From Entomortierella parvispora E1425 (lineage: Eukaryota > Fungi > Mortierellomycota): a DNA stretch of 64,000 bases. The DNA lies in NCBI GenBank assembly GCA_020891255.1, contig BQFW01000008.1:2232001-2296000 (forward strand), in the 5' to 3' direction. A program made the translations under genes and the position numbers. Position 1 is the first letter of the stretch. The number at the start of each line of letters is the position of its first letter. The notes beneath the pieces are model-generated. The model made no database searches and had not been told where the DNA came from. It saw nothing but the letters and a program-made list of their open reading frames with translations. This document shows positions 15,326 through 26,884 of this stretch, piece by piece.

Positions 15326-15657
15326 TCTTCAAGTTATACACAGCAATCATACCTCCTTCTGACCAGCAGGGAAAGCCATGCCGCGCTATAGTAACCACAA
15401 GATAAAAGTAAAAACGTTAGTCACCTTGGCCGATCAATCGTTCATGCGCCCGTTGTGGCCTCTTGGGGCTGATCCTCTCCAAACCGCCAGAGAAAGACTG
15501 TGGGTCAGGATCGATCCTGTCGCTCTCAAGCCTTCATGACGGTATTCGAGCTTGACATTCGTAAACCCGTACTTACCGAAAGGACGCGGGTGGTGATAGC
15601 GGGAGTGGCAGCGCGCTTGGCGAAAGCGGCGGCGGTTGTGGTGAGAGAACGGAACAT
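13479..15657 (-). CDS. SHM1: Serine hydroxymethyltransferase with N-terminal mitochondrial presequence
   Basis: Exons give [27 protein letters not shown]|[11 protein letters not shown]|[14 protein letters not shown]...LIASE|NFTS...[11 protein letters not shown]|YYGGNE..., plus [21 protein letters not shown] (PLP lysine) and [11 protein letters not shown]. Confidence 0.96.
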
Positions 15658-16794
15658 TGCAAAGGGGAATGTGGATGAGGCTGAGGGACTGAGGGAGAAT
15701 GAAGGAGGGAGAGAGGGGAAATGGGGCGAGAGGGGAAGAAAAGTGCAATGGGGAGGGATGGGGAAAGCGGAGAAGAGAGGAAAGTCAAAGACAAAGAAGA
15801 AAAAAAGTGAAAAAAAAAAGTAACGGCTGCTTCTTCAGGGCGCATTTATTTACGTTTTTTTTTTCTTCCTTTCGGAAGGACACGTCGCGATCCCTTTGTT
15901 CGTTCCTTCCTCTTCCTACGGATCCATGCTCTGCGTGGGGAGGAAAGAAAGAATGCCCAGCGGGGAACGTGCTCAGTAGCAGTAGGGGGCAATGACTTGA
16001 CTCTCAGGTCATGTATCCCCTCCTTATCGGTTCATCCACACTCGCACCTGCCTCTCGTCCCTGTTTACATCTGCTTGCTTGGATGGGAAGCTCAAGGCTT
16101 CTCTGGTGCCTCCTGCAAGAGCTCGACTCAGCATGCTACTCTGCCACAAGCACAGCAGGTCCCATTTTTGCTTAGTTGAGCCGTAATGTCGCATCTGCCA
16201 TCCCAGCTGGGTGGCGGTTTATCCCCCTCTCTCTCCCCTCTCTGTTAGAACGTCCATCAGGAAGAATTTATATATTTAAAAAACAGGAGTGGAGCGGGAA
16301 AACAAGTTCCCTTCCATTAGCGATCCATGATCCCCTTGAGCATCCCCGTGTCCTTTTTTTTAATAGCTCTAGAAAGATAGGAAGGGAGAGTGCGTGAGAG
16401 TGTGAGAGAGAGAGCGAGAAAAATCGTTGTTGAGCAGCAATCACAACCACTCTCCTACTACAGTCTGAGCAGCTTAAACTGTAGACTGCCCACAGTCAGA
16501 CTGACAGATTGGCATAGAGGCGGACAGGCAGCCAAGTCGGAAGCACCACAGAGATGCAACAAGTTGGACCACCCACCGCCCACCACCACCCCATGGGCCA
16601 TTTTTTAAGGTTTTTGCTCGGTGGTCCACCGAGTCAAAAGGAAAAAAAATCGCACTGGGCGCGTGCAACGACGACTGAGTGCGAAAAGAAGCCCACAAGT
16701 AAGCACGTGACTGATTCTTGTTTTCCAGTCCCTTTGCCACCATTTTTGAGAATGCTGCTCATTTGTCAATTCGCACGGTCAATGTTGCTTCCAC

Positions 16795-19700
16795 ATGGTC
16801 GAAATCGATGCCGAGAGGGAGCAGCAGTTCAGAGGTACGGAAGCTGTCCTCATTCTCATGGGTGTTCTGTAGCTCTTTTATCTAAGGAACTGATCATGTA
16901 TTTTTTTTTTCGTTCTACTTAACAGCGGCCCTAACGCAGGGCATACTGGACCGGCACCATGAAGATGTCTGTGAAATCCTCTTTGCACCCGACACCAGCC
17001 AGCACTACTCTCTTGTTATCGAGTAAAGAGCCGTGGCCATAATCTACTTTGTTTCCATCTGAAGTACATTACGATAGACGATTGCTAACTGCCTCCGTTT
17101 TTTTATATTCCTTTTTGCTCAAATTCAGTATCATGGCTCTAGTCGACTCTGCTTCGGATTCTCAGCTCTGGTCTCAATTGGCTCTCTCACCCCATACTGT
17201 CCTGCCTATTCTGGACTCAATCCTTCAGGATGTACAGAAGGAGTTGATCCGCATCAATGAGGAACCACCCACCCATTCCCAATATCACAATGGAGATTAT
17301 TCGAGGACGCCAATGTTTCTCAAATCAAAGTGTTCGGCAAGAATCATGGGATTACCTGCCGCAGAATCCAGGAGAATGACAATCCCGAACTCTGCTGATG
17401 TTGGTACATTCTTGTCTATCACCGCAACTGTGGTTAGGTAACTGCCTCTTAATCTGCGATACGACCACAGTTGTTGATGTTCAATATCAAGAAAGACTTC
17501 TAATGTTGACTCCTCGACCTATTTAACGTGGCTTTTGTTTGCCATAGAACTGGGGCTGTCAAAATGTTGGAAAGTGCCAAGAAATGCTATTGTGCCACCT
17601 GTAAACAGTACTTCGACGTCGTCCCTGATGTGGAGCAGTACAACCAAATCGAGATGCCAACGCGCTGTGGCGCCACCGGCAATACGAAGCCGTGCCCTGG
17701 ATCCAAGTTTCAAATTGTGGAGTCCGTCCCAGGTAAATAATGGTAAAAAAAGTTTTGTAACGACTACTTTCAAAAGCAACAAACCACTCAAATTTTGTAA
17801 TATATTTTTACATAAGGACAAATGCCTGACGGATGCCGGGATTATCAGGAAATCAAAATCCAGGAACAGACAAACAAGCTATCTATGGGCACTATACCCG
17901 GATCTATGGTCGTGATCCTCCATGATGACTTGGTAGACCATGCAAAATCTGGGGACGATGTCACAATCACGTATGTATTTCTATATGCGGTATCAGTCCT
18001 GGTTGCCAACACATGATCGTGAAGTGGATATCTAACATTTCTGTATCTGATGTAGTGGAACTGTAATTCGGAGATGGAAGCCAACCCAGGCGGGTGAACG
18101 ATGCGATATCGAATTGGCCCTGCTGGCCAACCATGTCTTTATTCACAACGAACAGCGAGTAGGCGTGGGCGTTACAGAGGAACAGCGACTTGAATTTGAG
18201 CAGTTTTGGCACTATTCCAGGATTGTAACACGAAAGCAGTTCTCCGCCAGAAACTCCATTCTAAGTCAAATCTGTCCCAAAGTTTACGGACTCTACATCG
18301 TCAAACTTGCTGTAATGCTTGTTTTAACAGGAGGCGTTCAAAAGGTGGACAGGTCTGGTCTCAAAGTACGTGGAGAACCTCATCTGCTGCTTGTTGGAGA
18401 TCCTGGAACGGGCAAGAGTCAGTTTCTTAAGTATGCTGCGGAACTGAACCCTAGGTCTGTCTTAACTACAGGCATTGGAAGCAGTAGCGCTGGACTTACT
18501 GCTACAGCCGTTCGAGACGGAAACGAATGGCAGCTAGAGGCGGGCGCGCTTGTTCTGGCAGATCGCGGCCTTTGCTGTATTGATGAGTTCGGAGGCATGA
18601 GGGCGAATGACAAGACAGCTATCCACGAAGCAATGGAACAGCAAACCATTTCAATCGCCAAAGCCGGAATCGTTTGCAAGCTCAATACCCGCTGCTCAGT
18701 CATTGCCGCCACGAATCCAAAAGGAAAATACGATCCCGAACAATCCGTCTCTATCAACATTGCCCTAGCAAGTCCTCTACTCAGTCGATTCGACATTGTG
18801 CTGGTACTCATGGACACGGGCAACATCAATTGGGACCAAAAGATCTCATCGTTTATTCTGAAGAATCGGATGTACATAGATGGAGAAAACGTACCCCTGA
18901 AGACGACCCTTTCCCGCAAGGATATTCTGAGGCGACGCAGCCGCCTCCGGAGACGGAGGAAACTTCGAGAGCTGGAGGAACAGGGTATCACTGATCCAGG
19001 GGAGGTCGAAGCTGCCTTGATCTTGGATAGAGAGGCCGAGGAACACGAACGGCTTGAGGAAGAGAGACAGCTAGAAAACGCAGAGGCAGCTCAGAATGAC
19101 GAGGATGATGAAAGCCAAGAAGGACGTGGGAATAGGAGCGGAGACATGGCTGGCCCCAACAGCGAAGTTAAACAGGAACCCTGGCCTATTGACAAACTGA
19201 AGGCGTACCTGATCTGGACAAAGTCTACCTTTGAACCTAGGCTGACTCCTCCTGCCGAACAAGTTCTTGTGTCTTACTACCAGCTACAGCGAAGAGCAGA
19301 TATTCGAAATGCTGCCCGAACGACCATTCGACTACTTGAATCTCTAATTCGCCTGTCGCAGGCACACGCTAGACTCATGGCGCGCGATCAAGTCACCGTT
19401 GAGGATGCCGTTGTTATTGTATCATTGATGGAAACAACAGCGCAGGGAGGAGCAGCCTTGTTAGGTGCAATCAATCCTCTGCATGCAAGCTTCCCTAAAA
19501 ATGCAGAAGATGAGTACCGTCGGCAAGAGGAGGCCATGTTGGGCCGTTTAGGACTGATGCATCTAGCCTCCAACGCCACTCAGTCGGACGAAGATGAGAA
19601 CACTATTGGCCGAAATGAAGACTCGCGGCCCAGGGCAGCCAAGCGTCGGCGCCCTGGAAGTAATAGTGATGGAACAACGAGTCGTTACTTTCAAGGCGGT

Positions 19701-20129
19701 GAGAAAAATGATCATGGTTTAAGCAACGGAAGAACCCTCGGTGCTAATGGCAGTGCTAGCAGTATGGTCTTGGGCGATGACGAGGAAGCTGCGATGCTCA
19801 ACAAATATCGAGCATTGGATGGAGTCCATATCAAGGAGGAAGAGGAGGACAATGAAGAGCCATTAATTGACCGACGTACTTCAAGACGGTCTGCGGCGGC
19901 GGTTCCGGTTTTGCCTCCGACACAAGAAGACGAAGACGATGACGGCGAAGACGATGAGAGGATGCAAAGAAATCGCAAAAAGATCGATAAAGGCAAAGGT
20001 GTTGACCGGGATCTGCACCCACTGTTGCCTTCTGTCAATTCTGGATCGCCTATGGTTGATGATGACGAAGAGGAGGGTCCATACCCGTATGGCCAAGGAC
20101 CTAGCGACCAGGGATCTCCTGAGATCTAA
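16795..20129 (+). CDS. MCM9: MCM9 helicase (MCM8/9 family, multi-exon)
   Basis: N-terminal zinc finger (CYCATCK...[10 protein letters not shown]), [90 protein letters not shown]. These follow MCM9 as recalled, not MCM2-7. Confidence 0.9.
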
Positions 20130-20322
20130 GCATCGACTTCTTGGGCTTCAAAAATAAAAGTGCAGTAATATCCTGGCGTGTTCGCTGTTCGCGTTTGAAA
20201 GTCACGTGATGATACGTCGGAGTTGAAAATAGCCGCCCACATACATAAAAATTTTCCTGCGATCAAAGATCAGATCCTCCTCTTTCACTCCCCATTCAGA
20301 TCTACCGTCAACATGGGATGAT

Positions 20323-20463
20323 TCAAGATCAGACGCGACCTACTGACTAAGTTGACCCAGGCACAATGATGATGAGCGATCGCCTCCGTGATAGGAAAGC
20401 CTGATGCTTATTCGTTGCTCTTGAGGTTAATTCTGTTCGCGAGATCGCGTCTGGTCTTGATCA
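20323..20463 (+). other. Long hairpin upstream of the snoRNA pair (candidate structured ncRNA or processing stem)
   Basis: TCAAGATCAGACGCGA (20323-20338) pairs with TCGCGTCTGGTCTTGA (20445-20460), 16 bp with one G-U. The loop contains ATGATGA and CTGA. Confidence 0.4.
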
Positions 20464-20560
20464 CTTTCATTCGTAAGTCAACTCTTTCCAGAATTCTTCT
20501 CCTATTTCCTTTTGCGTCTTTCTTTTTTTTCTTTTGAAGCCTCGAGTGCATATAGTTTTT

Positions 20561-20634
20561 GGATGATGATTACAGGATTTTCCATCCGCGTCTAAACAAT
20601 TATGTTGAGATTTTATGTTGCCTTCCTTCTGACC
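20561..20634 (+). ncRNA. snR52: Box C/D snoRNA, snR52-like guide for 18S rRNA Am420 (yeast numbering), copy 1, intronic
   Basis: GG-ATGATGA (box C)...CTAA (D')...ATGTTGA (C')...TGTTGCCTTCCTT-CTGA (box D)-CC. The guide is complementary to conserved 18S AAGGAAGGCAGCA and the D+5 rule gives A420. Lies in a GTAAGT..TAG intron (20473-20765). Confidence 0.85.
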
Positions 20635-20914
20635 TTTACTCTATGTCATCTTTCAAGAGGACGAGAGAGAAAAAGATGTCTTTGACGAAGAATCAAAGAA
20701 ACTTCCGCGCAAATCATTCAACTACCTTGTTTCCTAACATGGCATTTTACTCTTGATGTTGTTAGAATTCACGCTATTCCATGGGCTTGCTTCCAATTGA
20801 CTGCTCTCTCTTTCTGGACCTTGACTTTGTAAGTGTTCTTTTTTTTTTTTATTTCAACTGTACTTTGGGTACCCTTCTTTTTCTCTTTTTATTTTTCTCT
20901 TGCAAATCCTATTT

Positions 20915-20988
20915 GGATGATGATTACAGGATTTTCCATCCGCGTCTAAACAATTATGTTGAGATTTTATGTTGCCTTCCTTCTGACC
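20915..20988 (+). ncRNA. snR52: Box C/D snoRNA, snR52-like, copy 2, intronic
   Basis: Identical to copy 1 (81-bp exact repeat, 20558-20638 vs 20912-20992); follows a second GTAAGT donor at 20829. Confidence 0.85.
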
Positions 20989-22035
20989 TTTATGATTTGC
21001 GAGAATGGAGAAAACGATACGTGGGATTTTTATTTCATTAAGAAGAAAGAAACAGTGCAATTGTTCTGACAGCTTTTTCTTTTTTCTTTTCTTTTCTTTC
21101 TCGCTGAGCAGAATCTAGCCCATATCCTTTACCAGGGTCAATGGCATTCGAAAAGGTAATGGTGTGTCTCATGTTAGCAAGGATATGTAGATTTTGAATA
21201 CAAAAATAAAGAATGAAAAAAACGTATATCTGTTCAAATGGTCATGTTCGAGAAGTGGGAAGCTCAGTGCTGAAATATTTTGGGTGCAACTGGCCGGAGA
21301 CGCTCTTTGCCATCGAGGTAAAAAGTCATGTATTATGAGGCACAGGAGATTGGCAAGAGGAGAGATGGCCGAACCAGTGTAGATTGAAATGAGGTTCCAG
21401 TATCCAACAAGTTCCCACTAGGTGTGTTGTGGTGAGAGCAGCGTTTGACTCTACAAACTAGCACCTTAATGTCCTACCAGAGGGGTTGTTTCTCTTGTTG
21501 ACAGTCACTCCATGTAAATAGAGGGACTGTGTTTCGATTTTTTGAGTCCTTCAATCGCTTCCCTCTTCGCAGGTTGTGCACGTTCGCGTGTGCAGTCTGT
21601 GGGGAGGGAATTTGCACAGAGAGACCCTTTCCCTCGATGTGAAACGGAAGGCGATGAGAAGCAATACCAGGTGCAGTTAAAAAAAGCTTTTTACTTCGAT
21701 AGGTCCTTCATTGGGCCACTCGTGGGGCGAGAAGAAGAAAGGCTGCCCATATCCATTTATTATCCATCACACAAAAAAAAAACAAACGCGTAGACAGGCA
21801 TGGATCAGTTGTTCGACCGTCCTTTTCTTTATCTTTTCTTTCCTACTTGCACCCAGAAAAGCGTAGAACAGGTCGTGCCTCGTTTGGAGAGGCACCACAA
21901 GACATACCATACGTGAAACCCCGCTTTTCAAGTGGGGTGAGTTGTTGATTTATGGAAGAGGCTGTAGATTTTAAGAAGTGAATAGGGCTCTTGAACACGC
22001 GCCTGTAAAAAAATAATTGTGAAGGGGCCAATGGT

Positions 22036-22121
22036 GTCGACTTTTGATCAACATCTCGACCAAAAATGGGATGATTGACCTCCGTCGACTTTTGGAAGGG
22101 CTGGGTGACAGTCGACTTTTG
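22036..22121 (+). promoter_or_regulatory. Three copies of GTCGACTTTTG upstream of the alpha/beta hydrolase
   Basis: Exact 11-mers at 22036, 22084 and 22111. Confidence 0.4.
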
Positions 22122-22313
22122 AGGAGAATTTAGTAAACAAAAATATGACATCCCCGGGATTTTTCTCCGAGTGCTTCTTCTACCCTCGCCCTCCTTTCTT
22201 GTTTCCGTTAGACTTTCTACTTTTCACTCCAAACGCAACACAACAACTTGGCCAGGGCGCCCTCAAGGAACACGGATTTGCCGTAGGTATTCTCCAATCT
22301 CTACCACCCCCCC

Positions 22314-22351
<38 letters not shown>

Positions 22352-22451
22352 CATATATCACTGCTTCCATTGCCTGCAGGGAGTCCTAACCTGTCCTGTA
22401 CACCTTTTTTCTCCTTTGCCCTCCTGAAGAGAATCCGTTGCCCTCTTGCGC

Positions 22452-23890
22452 ATGTACCTTACAGGCTGTAAGTCAACCACCCTTTTGTCAGACTCGAGTA
22501 GTCGGTCAAGGAGGAGAGGCGCTTTTACTAATCGAATGTAATCTATTCGATTTTGGCGAGGATAGTGTCTGGGGTAATCAAGTACTCGTTCAAAAAAGCA
22601 ATTGGCCGCGCACCAAAGACTCTGCCTTACAAGAATGGTGCCTTTGTCGCATTCCTCAATGCCTCCATCGATCGCGCTTCTCTCCCTCTAGCCAGGCAAT
22701 TCACTGCGAAAGCAACTCAGACCGTCCTTGCTCGTGCTGGCTTGGGCATGGAAGCAGAGCTGGCGAAGTGCGCTACTCTTGTGGAAGAAGGAAAGGAAGG
22801 AAGAGAAGGGTCAATCGGCTGGAAAGGATTATGGATTCCGTACCAGGGTGGGTTGCCTATCAAGGATCCCCATCAAAAAGACGACAGCCTTGGGGCAAAA
22901 GTCGATCATGGTGATGAGAACGCGTTTAATCCTAGCGAGGGAAGTGACCTCGTGATACTGCATGCTCATGGCGGAGGCTTCATTGACGGAAATGCTTCGA
23001 GTAAGGTTCCATTCTGGCTTCAGGTGATGAGCAAGACCTACGTGACTCATGGGACGAAGATCTCTGTTCTGTCGTTGGAGTATAGTAAGTTTTTTTGCAC
23101 AGGCGCTCATGGATCGGTCTAAAGATTATTGCAACTCGCATGCCAATGTAATTGACTAAACTACATCAGGCTTGGCCCCAGAGCATCCCTACCCGACCAG
23201 CTTCTACGAGTGTCTGGCTGCCTACAAATCACTGGTCGTCAACCATCATGTTGATCCAAAACGAGTCGTGTTTTGTAAGTCCACGACTTGGGTGTGCTTC
23301 TCTCTTCTTAAGAACCTTCCTTTTTTTGTTTTTTTTTTGCTCTGCTGACATCTCCTATGTCATATTCCTTCCCCATCCTGTTACGTTTAGGTGGAGAGTC
23401 AGCAGGTGGAAGTCTCATGCAAACACTCGTCTTGAAGATACGCGACGAGCCCCAATTGGGTCTCTCGCTGCCTGCAGGGACGGTATTAACGTCACCTTGG
23501 CTGTTCACCGATCCCAAGCGACTTGAGGCTCTTTCGTTTGATATCCTCACGCCCCCCTCCGTCGAGTTCATGATGGATTGCTACTCCAGTGGAAGCGGCT
23601 TTTCTGTAGCAGAGTTGATAGAAAACCCTTCTGTCTGTCCTTTGAAGGCGTCCACACTGGCAGGTTTGCCACCCATGTTGGTTTACATAGGAGGGGCCGA
23701 GATCTTCAGGCCGTCGATCGAGGAATTTGTCAAAAGAGTTCAGGCCGAGGGCGTCGAGTGCCAGGTGGAATTGAAAGAAGACAGATGTCACTGTTGGTTT
23801 CAGAATAACCTCGCATCCACAGAGGAGGATCGCCAACAGGCTATTGCGGCCCTGGCCTCGTTCCTGAACAAAGTCCAAGCTAGTCGTTGA
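22452..23890 (+). CDS. Alpha/beta hydrolase, hormone-sensitive-lipase family (Abhydrolase_3); N-terminal start uncertain and may extend to ~22145
   Basis: LHAHGGGF, GESAGG (GxSxG), LTSPW, YIGGAEIF, HCWFQ motifs across spliced exons. Confidence 0.85.
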
Positions 23891-23951
23891 CCTGTCACAT
23901 TTTTGTAGAGCACTTTTAGTTGGAAATATCTACAAAAAGTCAGTCTATTAT

Positions 23952-26589
23952 CTATAACACGCCAAGCAGCGAGATGATCATGTTGAGGTTATCTCGATAC
24001 TCCAAATGCCCCCCTACGATATCTGTCAAATCTACATTCTCGATCCGAGACGCTGCTTCGACAGGTCGTAGACCTGCTACATCCAGTCCCAGCGCATGTA
24101 GCCTAAAGATGGATCCCAGTACGACATCCTTTTTCGAATATCCATTCACGAATCGATGTGATACAACAGATGACGCCGCCTTCCATTTTTCCGTGAGGTC
24201 AGTCTTGATCGGTGCTCCCAATAGTACCACAGAATTAACCAGACCAAATTCTTTCCTCTTTGCCAGCTCCAACAAGCATTCCCAAATGACTACCGCTCCA
24301 GTCGAGTAGCCAATCAGTGTGGTTGGTCGAGCTCCTTGAACACGCTCGGTCAAGATATCAGCGAGAACATATCCAGACTTGCGAGCTCTATCCATGGCCA
24401 CGGCCCTATTGAAATCAAAGTCGTAACATCTGTTAGATAATTCTCTTGCACATTTGTAGATATGAGTAGAGGGTTCACGAACATTCATTGCTTACCATGA
24501 ATTATCAATGAGGTCACCGGCTCGCATCAGTCCAAATGGCAGCACCAAGGCACTAGCCAAAGCTGCAAAGACAGTTTGACTGATCACCTGGGTTGATACC
24601 ATCCGCACAGCCTCAGTTGCTACAAACTTTTGGAAAGCATTTCCAAGCGCGGCCAGTTCTGCCGGTTCGAATGTAAGGTGGAACACGTCAGTGCCCTCCA
24701 ATGCATGCTCAGCCGTGCTCTGCCATGCGTCTGTTATTTCGGCTTCATCAAATAGATATCCAGAGATGACAATTGCTAGCTATTGTGAAAAGAAACGAAA
24801 ATTTTTTGTAAATATTTGTGTGCTCTGACCAGTCGATCTTTTTTTTTTTTTTTCCGGGTGTCTGATTATAACCTACATGCAATGATGGTATCATGGGTAA
24901 CGTTGGATCTTTGACCAATGGTGTGAAGGAAAGCACTTTGAGATCTAAAGGAGTATAGTCATGAAGCGTCAGAGCTGGCATCAAGATGTCAAACAGAGGC
25001 TGACTCATTGACTTCCCATAGTTGAGAGTCATTCACTTACCTTTTGTTCGCCTATGCATCTTGTAACCGGCGAGTCCTCCACCGGCCAAACCAAACAAGG
25101 ACGCCATCACAGCAATACCTGCGGTGGTGCCAAGGACTGCGGCCCCAGAACCAAGCAAAACGCCTGCTCCAACAGCCACCAAAGGTGCCGCCAATCCTCC
25201 TGTGAGCCCAATGACTGTCGCACCAGCCGCAATTGAGAGGCCTGTCGCCACGTACTTCCAAGTCTTCTTCTTGCGTTCCAGTTCCTGCATCGATGACTGT
25301 GCCTGGTTATGCATCGCCACTCCGTGCTGCGTCAGCGGTCCAGTTTGCGCCTGATCATTATTCCGTGAGCCGCCAAGATTTTTGAAAAAAGCCCCGACCT
25401 TAGCACCAGCAGCGGCCGCAGGACCAGCGGCTCCACTTGCTCTGTACTGCTGTTCCTCCTGTTGCTGCTTTTCCTTGAGTCTCCGTTCCCGCTCCAGCTC
25501 CTCTCTTTGAGCCTCGATAAGCTCCTGTTGGTAAAAGTAGAGGTGCTGCGCGATTTGTTTCTCCACGACCGAAAAAGAGTCGAAAGACAACAAGAGATAG
25601 TTGCACATGGTAAAAATAACTGCTCGAGCACGCGCATCATACTCCAGCGGCTGCACGCGACCACGTGATGCCTGACTAGAGGTGCTTTTTGTTGACCCCG
25701 ACGTGGCTGAATCTTTGCTCAAATCGCTTGGCGTCCTGGGTGGCAATGCTGGAGAGCCTTGAGAGCCTTGAGAAGAAGGAGATCTGGGCGGCAGCTGCGG
25801 CGGTCCAATCTCGACTGGCGGCGCCAGGACTCGGTGGTCGATGTTGTGCTGAAGACCTGGATTTGAATCTGAGTGATCGCCATCGGTTGCTGATATGGAG
25901 TACATGTTGTCCTTTTCAGAGTACACGGGTGGAATGTCGAGATCCAGTCCTGCAAACTCGTGGCTCAGCGCCTGAATAGGGACTTTGCGGCTCCTGGTAG
26001 AGGGCTCGAATCCTAGGCCGATGTAAAGTAGATCGTTGATGACCTCTGTTCTTATATCTAGCTCCTCCACATCCTCGTCTGCGGTGAACTGCTGTTGGTC
26101 TGACACGGAGGAGGTGAGAGAACGTGTTGGCGAAAAGGGCGGTGATCCAACGCTCGGGCCGTATTGCCGAGGTTGTTGCAGACTTCTTCTGGTCCGCATC
26201 GGTGACGTTGGCGGTGAGGAGATGGGGGTCGATGTGGAGGAAGCGTTGGAGGATTGTGAGTGTCGTACACGGCGCTGTCGAAATCTAGCAGGGAGCAAAG
26301 GTTCCGCCAAGACTTGCAGGTTACAGTCTTGATAGGACCCGTTCTCCTGCAGAGAAAGCAACATCTCTTGCTCCTCGCGTGAGTGGATGCCCAGTTGGCG
26401 GAAGAGGGAGCGAAGGAAGGTGTGTTTCCAGGGCAGGGTATCGATCTGTGCAGTCTCAAGTGAGGTGATGGCGCAGGCAGCCAGAGTGGCGACCGAGAGA
26501 GCCTGGGCCTCGGACCAGTGCTCAGCAAAGGTCTCGATGGCACACACGGTCGCGGTCTCGTCATGAGGTTGCATGTCAGCTGTGTTCAT
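23952..26589 (-). CDS. DUF726 / TMCO4-like membrane protein (multi-exon)
   Basis: KYVATGLSIAAGATVIGLTGGLAAPLV hydrophobic block, GARPTTLIGYSTGA, VVLLGAP, RFVNGYSKKD, GGHLEYR. Confidence 0.88.
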
Positions 26590-26884
26590 GGTGAATGGCG
26601 GGGATGAGTGCAGCAGATGCAGTTATGATGGAGACAAAGAAAGAGAAAGAGAAGCGGAATGGGAGGAAGAGAGTAAGAAGAGAGAGAGAAGGGAGAGAGA
26701 AGGGAAAGAGACGGAGGAGGTAGGAGGAAGAACACGAAGGAAGGGAAGGAGCACGAAGAGCAAGTTCACTTTCCTTCTTGCGCTGTGCCCCGTTGTGTCG
26801 ATGGGCACCAAGGCGCGTCAAAATGGCTTAGATAATTCTTGAAATAAATCATGATCCCTCAATAATCACAAACACCATCTTGCG

